DNA of 64,000 bases from an uncultured Clostridia bacterium (GTDB taxonomy: Bacteria; Bacillota; Clostridia; TANB77; CAG-508), in assembly GCA_934167755.1 (NCBI GenBank), contig CAKPLT010000005.1, positions 19,937 to 83,936 of the forward strand, read 5' to 3'. The translations under genes were made by a program, and so were the position numbers. Below, in pieces: positions 55,476-64,000 of the stretch (position 1 is its first letter; every line of letters begins with the position of its first letter). The notes under the pieces are model-generated. The model ran no database searches, was not told the origin of the DNA, and saw only the letters and a list, made by a program, of their open reading frames with translations.

Positions 55476-55997
55476 TTATTTTATTGCTAATATTTCTTCA
55501 TCTTTTTTTAAATTAGGTCCCAAAAATTCATAGCATTTTGGATTTACTTTCATTGCAGCCATTCCTATTTCTTTGTCTTCTCTAAGACGATTACTTGCAT
55601 ATTTTATTATAATTGGTTTATTTGTTACTGCTTGCATTACAACTTCTCTATCGTCTCTCATATCTTGTGCTGCAAAATATAAAATTTGCCCTGATATTTT
55701 TAAACCTGACATCAATAATTCTTTATCTTCTAATAAATTTTCTTTTGCATAACAATATGTCCAGCCAACTTTACTTACTGATTCATATACTACTTTTCTA
55801 TCGCCTTTTAATCTATCACTTGCAAATTCTAATGCTTCTGGATTATTATGTATTGCTTCTAATACAACTTCTTTGTCATCTTTTAATTCTTCACTTGCAA
55901 ATTCTAATAATGCTCCTTCTTTTTTTACATTTTCGATTACATATTCTCTGCTATTTGAGTTTTGTTTCATTTTTGTTATTTCAATTCTTTCTGGCAT
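55476..55997 (-). CDS. DUF4116 repeat protein
   Basis: Repeated ..ALEFASxxLKxDKEVVLEAI.. units (ALLEFASEELKDDKEVV, ALEFASDRLKGDRKVV, IKYASNRLREDKEI). Confidence 0.7.
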   Translation of the reverse strand: MPERIEITKMKQNSNSREYVIENVKKEGALLEFASEELKDDKEVVLEAIHNNPEALEFASDRLKGDRKVVYESVSKVGWTYCYAKENLLEDKELLMSGLKISGQILYFAAQDMRDDREVVMQAVTNKPIIIKYASNRLREDKEIGMAAMKVNPKCYEFLGPNLKKDEEILAIK

Positions 55998-56198
55998 CTT
56001 AATTCCTCCCTTCTTTATTTTTTATTATTTTTATTAATTTTCAAAATTATAGACCTTATTTTTTAGTCTGGTCTAATTATATCATTATAGATTTATTTTT
56101 ACTATATGTTTTTATTAATTATTTCTTAATGTGTTACAGTAGTGATGGCATCTTTATTTTATTATGTAAAATATATTTTCAAAATATGTTTAGCATAC

Positions 56199-56227
56199 TT
56201 GAAAAATATAAAAGAATATGGTATTAT
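56199..56227 (+). promoter_or_regulatory. putative promoter TTGAAA-17-TATTAT with a TGn extension
   Basis: -35 at 56199-56204 and -10 at 56222-56227. Confidence 0.5.
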
Positions 56228-56289
56228 ATATAATGTTATGACAACCACATATTAATACCGATTATTATTTACTTAAGGAGGTAAAACTT

Positions 56290-57303
56290 ATGACACGGTA
56301 TGAAAAAAAATTAGTGCTTGAACTTGAAGCACCAAATGGAATAACATTTGAGGTTTTAAATGAAAAAGATGGAAAAGTAATAATTAAAGCCAATGTAGAT
56401 AATTCATCTTTTTGTGTCCAAAACTGTTCAAAGCAAACACATTTATTACCAAAAGAAACAGCAATTCAACATATTGTTGATACTAGTTTAAAAGGAAATT
56501 ATGCTAATCCCCCAATTCCTTCAGGTTATATCTATATACATGGAAGTTGGAAAGATGGATTTGTAATTGAGCGTGAATCTGATGAAAGTCAATTTGTTTG
56601 GATTCCAGTTGGTTTCTTAGATCCAAATGGAACTCTTGACAACGGGGTTTCATTTAATAGCAAATTCGGAAGAAGACGCTATCATGATGAAAATCGAGAA
56701 ATTTTTTCAAGGAAATATTTTTATGAGCCATTAACCGAAGAACTACAAATGCAAATAAAAAGTGTAGAAAAATATGGCGGATTCTACATATCAAGGTATA
56801 ATATTTCTATGTCCAAGTATGGAAATCCACAATCAAAACGATGCGAAATACCTTTGGAGTGTACCAGAGATAAAATCCTTCAACTGGCATCAAGTTTTGA
56901 AAATACTGATACCATAAAAAGTCATTTAACTTATGGTTCTGAGTATGATTCTGTACTTGAATGGTTAATGAAATCACGTAAAAAATCATATGATTCAATT
57001 GTCATTGATTCAACAAGTTGGGGAAATTACTTTCATGAAGAACAGCAAAATGATTGCATCAAACCGCAATTAACAGGAATAAGTGATGCCTGGTGCGTTA
57101 ATAATCTATATGATTTTGCAGGTAATGTAACAGATTTAACGCAAGAAGAATTTGAATTTTCTAAAGCTCGTGTTCGTCGAGGTGGAAACTATAAAGATTC
57201 TGGAAAAACTTTTGCTGCCGCCACTAGACGAGTGTCAAAAAAATATTATTTTCCCAAAACCGATAAAAATGGTTTTCATATCGTACTATATTTAAAACCT
57301 TAA
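56290..57303 (+). CDS. FGE-sulfatase (SUMF1) superfamily domain protein, cytoplasmic type
   Basis: Motifs KYGGFYISRYNIS and the C-terminal RVRRGGNY...R...GFHIVLY. These resemble the conserved RYE.S and RGGSW..GFR blocks of the formylglycine-generating-enzyme fold. RBS ttaaggaggtaaaacttATG. Confidence 0.55.
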   Translation: MTRYEKKLVLELEAPNGITFEVLNEKDGKVIIKANVDNSSFCVQNCSKQTHLLPKETAIQHIVDTSLKGNYANPPIPSGYIYIHGSWKDGFVIERESDESQFVWIPVGFLDPNGTLDNGVSFNSKFGRRRYHDENREIFSRKYFYEPLTEELQMQIKSVEKYGGFYISRYNISMSKYGNPQSKRCEIPLECTRDKILQLASSFENTDTIKSHLTYGSEYDSVLEWLMKSRKKSYDSIVIDSTSWGNYFHEEQQNDCIKPQLTGISDAWCVNNLYDFAGNVTDLTQEEFEFSKARVRRGGNYKDSGKTFAAATRRVSKKYYFPKTDKNGFHIVLYLKP

Positions 57304-57320
57304 AATGTTAAAAACCAAAA

Positions 57321-57363
57321 AGAAGAACTTTAAAATTTTAAAGTTCTTCTCTCTTTTTTTTTT
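57321..57363. terminator. bidirectional terminator (SUMF1-like gene / gpr)
   Basis: The 30-bp palindrome AGAAGAACTTTAAAATTTTAAAGTTCTTCT is followed by a T10 run, and by a U-rich tract in the reverse sense. Confidence 0.75.
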
Positions 57364-57432
57364 GATTTATTAAGTAATTAGCCAATGGTTCAGTCTTTTT
57401 TACATACGGAGTATCGAAAGTCTGAAACCTAT

Positions 57433-58365
57433 TTACACCGCAAAATTAATTCCCCTAGCAACAATATCTTTCATGTTTTCAATCAAATCATCAATTTCTT
57501 TAGGAGTAACAATCATATTGTAATCCCCAACATTCAAAGCCTCTTTAACCTCTTCATATTTATCATTTTGTTTTAATCTATTTAAATATTCATTTGATTC
57601 TGCTTTATCTTGTAATCTGTCTATAAATATATCAATTCCATCTGATACAAGAGTTGCAAGTTCCACAACAGTAGGAATACCAATTGAAACAACAGGAATA
57701 TTTAAAGTTTTTGGGCTTATTTCTTGCCTTGTGTTACCTACACCTGCACCTGGTACAATTCCAGTATCTGATATTTGAATTGTACTACTTATTCTTTCAA
57801 TACTTCTTGAAGCTAGTGCATCAATAACTATTAATAATTTAGGATTAATATTATCTACTATTCCTTTCAATATTTCTACAGTCTCAATTCCAGTTGTACC
57901 TAAAACTCCTGGTGAAATTGCACTAACAGGTCTTGTATCTTCATCTACAAATTGTGGTAAATATTTTATTATATGTCTTGTAACATCAATTTCATTTATT
58001 ACCTTTGGACCAAGTGCATCTGGTGTAACATATATATTTCCTAATCCTACAACTAATATATCTCCATGCTTATCTGTATGAAGTTCTATTATTTTTTTTA
58101 ATTCATTAGCAACTACTTCTGAAGCCTTTTGTATGTCCTCATCTTCTGCTAATTTTAAATTTTTCACATCTATTGTAACATAGTTTCCAATAGGTTTTCC
58201 AATTGCCTTTTCTCCATTTTGATTAGTAATTTCTACTCTTGTGACTTTTAATTTTTCATTTATTTTTTCTTCTGTACTTTCAACTCCATCAATCTGTTTT
58301 AGATTATTTGCTTTCTGATATATATCTCTTCTTTCAAGTGCCAAATCTGTTCTAAAATTATACAT
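57433..58365 (-). CDS. gpr: GPR endopeptidase (spore germination protease)
   Basis: MYNFRTDLALERRD... and VGLGNIYVTPDALGP. The start moves to M12 (RBS ttggaggttttttATG). Confidence 0.9.
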   Translation of the reverse strand: MYNFRTDLALERRDIYQKANNLKQIDGVESTEEKINEKLKVTRVEITNQNGEKAIGKPIGNYVTIDVKNLKLAEDEDIQKASEVVANELKKIIELHTDKHGDILVVGLGNIYVTPDALGPKVINEIDVTRHIIKYLPQFVDEDTRPVSAISPGVLGTTGIETVEILKGIVDNINPKLLIVIDALASRSIERISSTIQISDTGIVPGAGVGNTRQEISPKTLNIPVVSIGIPTVVELATLVSDGIDIFIDRLQDKAESNEYLNRLKQNDKYEEVKEALNVGDYNMIVTPKEIDDLIENMKDIVARGINFAV

Positions 58366-58432
58366 AAAAAACCTCCAACTCTTAAATACTTTTTTCATTA
58401 GTATTTCTAAGTTGGAGATTATTATTCTTTTT

Positions 58433-60181
58433 TTATTTAATATCTAATTTTATATGAACATCTCTAAGTTGATTTTTATTTACATTACTTGGTGCACCCA
58501 TCATTAAATCTTGTGCCTTGCTATTTAGTGGGAATGCAATAACTTCTTTAATGCTTTCAGCACCTGTTAATAGCATTAGCATTCTATCAACACCTGGTGC
58601 AATCCCAGCATGTGGTGGAGCTCCAAATTGAAATGCTGTGTATAATGCTCCAAATTTTGTTTTTACTTCATCCTCAGTATATCCTGCCATTTCAAATGCT
58701 TTTATCATAATATTTATATCATGATTTCTTACTGCTCCTGAAGATAATTCTATACCATTACATACCAAATCATATTGATATGCTACAATGTCTAATGGAT
58801 TTTGTTTTTCCAATGCGTCTAATCCTCCTTGTGGCATTGAAAATGGATTATGGCTAAATTGAATTTTATCATGTTCATCAATTTCAAACATTGGAAAGTC
58901 TACTATCCAGCAAAATTCAAATTTGCTATCATCAATTAGGTCTAATCTTTTTGCAAGTTCTGTTCTAATTTGACCTGCTAATTCTGTTGCTCTTTTTTCA
59001 TTATCTGCTATAAAGAATATTGTATCATCTTTGTGTAAATCTGCAATTTCTAACAATTCTTTTTTTAATTCAGCAGGAATAAATTTATCTATTGGTCCTT
59101 TAAAACTCATATCCTCTTGAACTTCTAAATATCCAAGTCCTCCCATTCCTATTGACATTGCATAATCTAACATTTTTTCATGGAATCCTTTTGACATATG
59201 TCCACTTACTTTTATTGCTCTAACTGTTCTATTTATAAATGGTTTAAATGTGCATTTTTTAAAGAATTTTGATAAATCAATTATGAATAATGGATTTCTT
59301 AAATCAGGCTTATCTGAACCATATTTTAACATTGCTTCTTTATATGTTATTCTTCTGAATGGTGCTGATGATATTTCTTTGTTTGAAAATTCTTTAAATG
59401 TATTATATATTACTGGCTCAATTACATTAAATACATCTTCTTGTGTTGCAAAACTCATTTCCATATCTAATTGATAAAATTCTCCTGGTGCTCTATCTGC
59501 TCTTGCATCTTCATCTCTGAAACATGGTGCTATTTGGAAATATTTATCTATACCTGATACCATAAGTAATTGTTTAAATTGTTGTGGAGCTTGTGGCAAT
59601 GCATAAAACATTCCTGGATGTAAACGACTTGGTACCAGATAATCTCTTGCTCCTTCTGGTGATGAACTTGTTAATATTGGTGTTTGTACTTCTAAAAAGC
59701 CTTGTTCTACCATTTGACTTCTTAAAAATTGTATTACACTTGCTCTTAATTTTAAATTATTTTTTAATTTCTCACTTCTTAAATCTAAAAATCTATATTG
59801 AAGTCTTAAATCTTCACGAACTTCTTGGTCCTGGTTTACTTCAAATGGCAAATTTTTAGTTCTTTTTCCTAATATTTTGATTTCTTCTATACGAATTTCT
59901 ACAAGTCCTGTTTTTATTTTAGTATTTATTGTTTCTTCATCACGCTTACGAACCTTTCCAAATACTGTTACTGTTGATTCAATTGGAATATGTGATGCAA
60001 AATCTACATCTTCTGTTTTTCCTGATGTTACTACTTGTGTTACACCATACATATCTCTAATATCTAAAAATACTAATCCTCCAAAATCTCTTATTGTTTC
60101 TACCCATCCAGCTATTCTTACTTCTTTACCTACATCTTCTAAACTAATTTCATTACAGTTATGTGTTCTGTATTCATTCAT
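58433..60181 (-). CDS. aspS: aspartate--tRNA ligase
   Basis: 582 aa, bacterial type. Motifs FYQLDMEMSF and GAPPHAGIAPGVDRM. Confidence 0.95.
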   Translation of the reverse strand: MNEYRTHNCNEISLEDVGKEVRIAGWVETIRDFGGLVFLDIRDMYGVTQVVTSGKTEDVDFASHIPIESTVTVFGKVRKRDEETINTKIKTGLVEIRIEEIKILGKRTKNLPFEVNQDQEVREDLRLQYRFLDLRSEKLKNNLKLRASVIQFLRSQMVEQGFLEVQTPILTSSSPEGARDYLVPSRLHPGMFYALPQAPQQFKQLLMVSGIDKYFQIAPCFRDEDARADRAPGEFYQLDMEMSFATQEDVFNVIEPVIYNTFKEFSNKEISSAPFRRITYKEAMLKYGSDKPDLRNPLFIIDLSKFFKKCTFKPFINRTVRAIKVSGHMSKGFHEKMLDYAMSIGMGGLGYLEVQEDMSFKGPIDKFIPAELKKELLEIADLHKDDTIFFIADNEKRATELAGQIRTELAKRLDLIDDSKFEFCWIVDFPMFEIDEHDKIQFSHNPFSMPQGGLDALEKQNPLDIVAYQYDLVCNGIELSSGAVRNHDINIMIKAFEMAGYTEDEVKTKFGALYTAFQFGAPPHAGIAPGVDRMLMLLTGAESIKEVIAFPLNSKAQDLMMGAPSNVNKNQLRDVHIKLDIK

Positions 60182-60189
60182 ATCTACAT

Positions 60190-60478
60190 CTTTCCTTTCT
60201 TTTTATTAATGTAGGTAGAACAAATAAGAAAAACTTTCAATTATATAAAAAATCGCCCCTACATTAATAGTAATTTATTAATGCAGGGACGAAATTAATC
60301 CGCGGTGCCACCCAGCTTGAAAATTTATATATTTTCCACTTTTATTTTTAAATTCATTATTGCTCCAATCTGTTTCGCTTAATTAGGTTGACCATAAAGG
60401 GCTTTCAGCCGGTGACCCTTTTTCTCTTTCTGTAATTTCTAATTGCTTTGAATTGTATTAACGCAATTTTATTTGCTA
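60190..60478 (-). promoter_or_regulatory. T-box leader (aspS)
   Basis: The minus strand carries an AGAGA box, a GGCTGAAAG distal loop and the T-box sequence GCTGGGTGGCACCGCGG (reverse complement of 60301-60313). The terminator CGTCCCTGCATTAATA..TATTAATGTAGGGGCG plus U-run lies at 60246-60290. Its two non-Watson-Crick pairs are G-U only in the minus-strand RNA. Confidence 0.85.
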
Positions 60479-60479
60479 T

Positions 60480-60508
60480 ATTTTACACTTAATTATTTTA
60501 ATTGTCAA
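60480..60508 (-). promoter_or_regulatory. promoter TTGACA-17-TAAAAT of the aspS leader
   Basis: The -35 reverse complement is at 60503-60508 and the -10 reverse complement at 60480-60485. Confidence 0.6.
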
Positions 60509-60516
60509 GTTTTTTG

Positions 60517-62178
60517 TTAGAAAATTCCTAAGATTTTTCCATCTTCATCAATATCAATTTTTTCTGCAACTGGATTTTTAGGAAGTCCTGGCATTGTTGT
60601 TATTTTTCCTGCCAATACTACAATAAATCCTGCTCCTGCTTTTAATTTGACATCACTAATACTTATTTCAAATGGTTCATCACATTCCAAATTTTTAGGA
60701 TTATCTGAAAATGAATATTGAGTTTTAGCTATACATACTGGTAAATTTCCATATCCCATTTCTTCAATTTTTTCAATTTTTTTTGCAGAATCTTCTGAAT
60801 ATATTACTCCTTTTGCCCCATATACTTTCATTGCAACTTTATTGATTTTTTCAACTATTGTTTCATTTAAATCATATATATATTCAAATCTATTTTCTTT
60901 TTCTGAAATTTCTACAATTTGATTTGCTATATCAATTGCACCTTCTCCACCTTTTTTCCAGCTTTCAATAATGCTTGAAGGTATCTCTCTTTTGGCTAAT
61001 TCATTTTGTACAAATTCTAATTCTTCATCTGTGTCAGCATCAAATTTATTTATTGCAACTATAACATTTAATCCAAATTTTCCTCTTATATTATCAATAT
61101 GTCTATATAAGTTACTCATTCCTTTTTCTAAACTATTCATATTTTTCTGTTTGATTTCGTCTTTCGATGCTCCACCGTGATATTTTAATGCTTTTATTGT
61201 TGCAACACATATAACAACATTAGGTATTATATTTGCTTCTCTACATTTTATATCTAAAAATTTTTCTGCTCCTAAATCTGCGCCAAAACCAGCCTCTGTA
61301 ACAGTGTAGTCAGCCAATTTCATTGCCATTTTTGTTGCTATAATGGAATTACATCCATGTGCAATATTAGCAAATGGACCTCCATGTATAATTGCTGGTG
61401 TATGTTCTAATGTTTGAACTAAATTAGGCTTTATTGCGTCTTTTAATAAAACCATCATAGCACCTTCTGCTTTTATATCTCTTGCATAAATTGGTTCTTG
61501 TTTTTTATTATAACCAATAAGAATATTTCCTAATCTTTTTTTCAAATCTTTATTATCTTTTGCTAAGCACAATATTGCCATTACCTCTGAAGCAACTGAT
61601 ATATCAAAACCATCTTCTCTTGGAACAATTTTACTTTCTCCTGATAATCCTGTGTTTACCTGTCTTAATTGTCTGTCGTTTAAGTCAACACATCTTTTCC
61701 ATACAACTTTTTCTATTCCTAATTCATTTCCATGATATATATGATTATCTATCATTGCAGATAATAAATTATTAGCAGAAGTTATTGCATGTATGTCTCC
61801 AGTAAAATGTAAATTAATGTCTTCCATTGGTGCAATTTGTGCATGTCCTCCTCCTGTCGCTCCCCCTTTTACACCAAATACAGGTCCAAGTGATGGTTCT
61901 CTTAATGCTAATATTGATTTTTTTCCTATTTTTCTTAATCCGTCAGCAATTGCAATTGATATTGTTGTTTTTCCCTCTCCCAATGGTGTTGGACTCATTG
62001 CAGTTACTAATATTAATTTACCATCTTTTTTATTTTGTAATTTTTTATTTATTTCTCTTGATATTTTTGCTTTATATTTTCCATACATTTCTATTTCGTC
62101 TTCTGTTATATCCAAATCTTTTGCAATTTCAGTAATTTTCTTTAGTTCTGTATTTCTAGCTATTTCAATATCTGTCAT
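60517..62178 (-). CDS. fhs: formate--tetrahydrofolate ligase
   Basis: PTPLGEGKTT motif. ~553 aa. The start is re-called to M4 (MTDIEIARN) for RBS spacing. Confidence 0.95.
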   Translation of the reverse strand: MTDIEIARNTELKKITEIAKDLDITEDEIEMYGKYKAKISREINKKLQNKKDGKLILVTAMSPTPLGEGKTTISIAIADGLRKIGKKSILALREPSLGPVFGVKGGATGGGHAQIAPMEDINLHFTGDIHAITSANNLLSAMIDNHIYHGNELGIEKVVWKRCVDLNDRQLRQVNTGLSGESKIVPREDGFDISVASEVMAILCLAKDNKDLKKRLGNILIGYNKKQEPIYARDIKAEGAMMVLLKDAIKPNLVQTLEHTPAIIHGGPFANIAHGCNSIIATKMAMKLADYTVTEAGFGADLGAEKFLDIKCREANIIPNVVICVATIKALKYHGGASKDEIKQKNMNSLEKGMSNLYRHIDNIRGKFGLNVIVAINKFDADTDEELEFVQNELAKREIPSSIIESWKKGGEGAIDIANQIVEISEKENRFEYIYDLNETIVEKINKVAMKVYGAKGVIYSEDSAKKIEKIEEMGYGNLPVCIAKTQYSFSDNPKNLECDEPFEISISDVKLKAGAGFIVVLAGKITTMPGLPKNPVAEKIDIDEDGKILGIF

Positions 62179-62230
62179 ATTTTTCATCCCTTTCTAAAAA
62201 CAGCCTAAGTAAAAAAATAATTTTTTAATT

Positions 62231-62671
62231 TTATGCAATCATACCAACCACAACACCTATAGTAGCACCAACTAACACTTGCAAAGGTGTATGTCCTAAA
62301 ACTTCTACTAATCTTTCTTGTACTTCTACTCCTGAAAGTCCAGGTGTTTCTACAATTTTATTTAATAAATGTGCCTGTTTCCCTGCTGCTCTTCTTACTC
62401 CTGCTGCATCATACATAACTACCATAGCAAAAATCAAGGCAACTGCAAATATTGGACTGTCTGTGCCTTCACTTCTACCTACTAATGTTGATAAGCATGT
62501 AACAACTGCTGAATGAGAACTTGGCATTCCTCCTGCTCCTAAAATTCTTTTAAAATTGAATTTTTTTGTTGTTACTAAATCATATATTACTTTAAAAATC
62601 TGTATACATAGCCATACTAAAAATGGTACATACAAATATTTATTTGTTATTGCCATTTGTAAATTGTTCAT
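62231..62671 (-). CDS. divergent PAP2/DUF212 (YuiD-like) membrane protein
   Basis: GGMPSSHSAVV motif. 146 aa, ~4 TM. Confidence 0.8.
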   Translation of the reverse strand: MNNLQMAITNKYLYVPFLVWLCIQIFKVIYDLVTTKKFNFKRILGAGGMPSSHSAVVTCLSTLVGRSEGTDSPIFAVALIFAMVVMYDAAGVRRAAGKQAHLLNKIVETPGLSGVEVQERLVEVLGHTPLQVLVGATIGVVVGMIA

Positions 62672-62686
62672 TGCTCATTTCCTTCC

Positions 62687-62902
62687 TTATTCTTCTGTCT
62701 GAAAATTTTCTTCTTTTAAATCTCCATCTTTTTCTAATAAAATTGTTATCTTTTTTTCTGTTTCTTCTAGAATACTGTTGCATTGTTTTGCCATTTTCAT
62801 TCCTTCTTCAAATTTTTTTACAGATTCATCAAGATTCAAATTTCCATTTTCTAATTCTGTTACTATTGTTTCTAACTTTTTCATTGATTCTTCAAAATTC
62901 AT
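62687..62902 (-). CDS. xseB: exodeoxyribonuclease VII small subunit
   Basis: MNFEESMKKLETIVTELENGNLNLDESVKKFEEGM is the XseB pattern. The start moves to M15. Confidence 0.88.
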   Translation of the reverse strand: MNFEESMKKLETIVTELENGNLNLDESVKKFEEGMKMAKQCNSILEETEKKITILLEKDGDLKEENFQTEE

Positions 62903-62933
62903 ATTTTTATCATCCCTTCCTAAAGTCTCCAAT

Positions 62934-63395
62934 TTAGTATTCACTAATACTCCAATTGGTAGTATTAACTTCGTACCATTTAATTACTACAGCATCTTTT
63001 TTTACTGCAACATAATATTTGTCTCCATCTTTTTCTTCAATATTAAATGTTACAGACCCATCTTCTCCCCATTCCTTTTTTGCTAATTCTATAGCTTTTT
63101 CGTCTTTGCTTTGTGCTTGATTAGCTACATTTTCTTGTTCTGCTTCTTTTTCTTCTTCTCCAACATATTCTTCTTTTGCAGGTTCTTGTTCTTGTGACAA
63201 GTTATCTTCCTTTTCTGTTGTTTCTTCTATATTAGTTTCTTTATTCTCTATTGTTGGTTTAGCAGTAGTTTCAACAGCATTTTTATTTTTTCTCATCTCT
63301 TCTTCATAAACTATTGAACCAATAACTATAGCTAAAGCAACTAATGCTAAAACAATTATCATTGTTAATATCTTTTGTTCTGTTTTCTTTTTCAT
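62934..63395 (-). CDS. hypothetical membrane-anchored acidic protein
   Basis: 153 aa. TM ILTMIIVLALVALAIVIGSIV, a Glu-rich linker and a small C-terminal beta-rich module. Confidence 0.55.
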   Translation of the reverse strand: MKKKTEQKILTMIIVLALVALAIVIGSIVYEEEMRKNKNAVETTAKPTIENKETNIEETTEKEDNLSQEQEPAKEEYVGEEEKEAEQENVANQAQSKDEKAIELAKKEWGEDGSVTFNIEEKDGDKYYVAVKKDAVVIKWYEVNTTNWSISEY

Positions 63396-63428
63396 CTCTT
63401 TTTCCTTTCTTTATTGCTTGTTGAAAAG

Positions 63429-64000
63429 TTATTCAATTACTGCAACTTTTTCTCCATCAACAAATTTAAGTTTTATTTTATCATTTTGTTGCAACTCTGC
63501 TGCACTTTTTATAATTTTTCCATCTTTCTCAGTCAATGTGTATCCTCTTGTTAGGGTCTTTAATGGACTTAATGCATCTAATTTTGTTACTAATTCTACA
63601 TATGATGTATGGTTATCTTTTTGAATATTTTTAATCTTTGTTACTAGTCTTTGAACATTTGAATCTAATAATACGCTTAAATCGCGATGTTTTCGTAATG
63701 GATCAGTAAATACTCTTGATTTCATACATTTTTCATATCTTAGTCTCATAAGTTCAACTTGTTTTTTTAGTGATATTCTACATCTATTTTGATAATTATT
63801 AATTTTTTGTTTTAATTCATAAACATCTGGTACAGCTAACTCTGCTGCTGCTGATGGCGTAGGTGCTCTTAAGTCTGCCACAAAATCTGCTATAGTAAAA
63901 TCTGTTTCATGTCCAACTGCTGAAATTACAGGCAATTCTGATTCATATATTGCTCTTGCAACAATTTCTTCGTTAAATGGCCATAAGTCCTCAAGAGATC
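63429..64000 (-). CDS. xseA: exodeoxyribonuclease VII large subunit (C-terminal part; 5' end outside the window)
   Basis: Beyond the ORF-track TTG, the frame stays open to position 64000 (...[50 protein letters not shown]), which is the XseA catalytic-core pattern. Confidence 0.9.
   Translation of the reverse strand, partial: SLEDLWPFNEEIVARAIYESELPVISAVGHETDFTIADFVADLRAPTPSAAAELAVPDVYELKQKINNYQNRCRISLKKQVELMRLRYEKCMKSRVFTDPLRKHRDLSVLLDSNVQRLVTKIKNIQKDNHTSYVELVTKLDALSPLKTLTRGYTLTEKDGKIIKSAAELQQNDKIKLKFVDGEKVAVIE

Overview
A 64-kb chromosomal segment from a very AT-rich Firmicute that looks Clostridia-like: it has pro-sigma-K, the GPR spore protease, T-box leaders and GGAGG-type ribosome-binding sites. 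About 60 protein genes are present and all but five lie on the minus strand. I found no rRNA, tRNA, CRISPR array, transposase, integrase or phage structural genes.

Most of the content is housekeeping:
- rfbB/C/A/D (dTDP-rhamnose synthesis)
- a gap-pgk-tpiA-gpmI...eno glycolytic cluster
- thrS and aspS, each behind a T-box leader
- ychF
- a sufC / sufBD / sufS-sufU-mnmA cluster with a DtxR-like regulator
- mgtA, feoAB, fhs, xseA/xseB, gpr

Four things stand out.
1. The glycolytic cluster is interrupted by accessory genes. A NUDIX gene sits behind a triple 18-nt motif. A second block holds a YezG/DUF600-like gene, a NifU-like gene, a 54-aa micro-ORF, a GGGtGRT-family gene and a 103-aa orphan.
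2. sigK carries a single-base frameshift.
3. Nearly every long intergenic gap holds a copy of one of several short structured repeat families, which I label A, B, C and E, plus a TGTACCSGGTACA palindrome. Some copies show compensatory base changes, and one is nested inside the mgtA terminator hairpin.
4. There are several self-contained plus-strand cassettes with near-consensus promoters and their own terminators, and one orphan promoter-terminator pair that could be a small RNA.

Protein family assignments come from motif recognition by eye. No database search was run. Several ORF-track starts were re-called from RBS positions, because the track also counts GTG/TTG as M.
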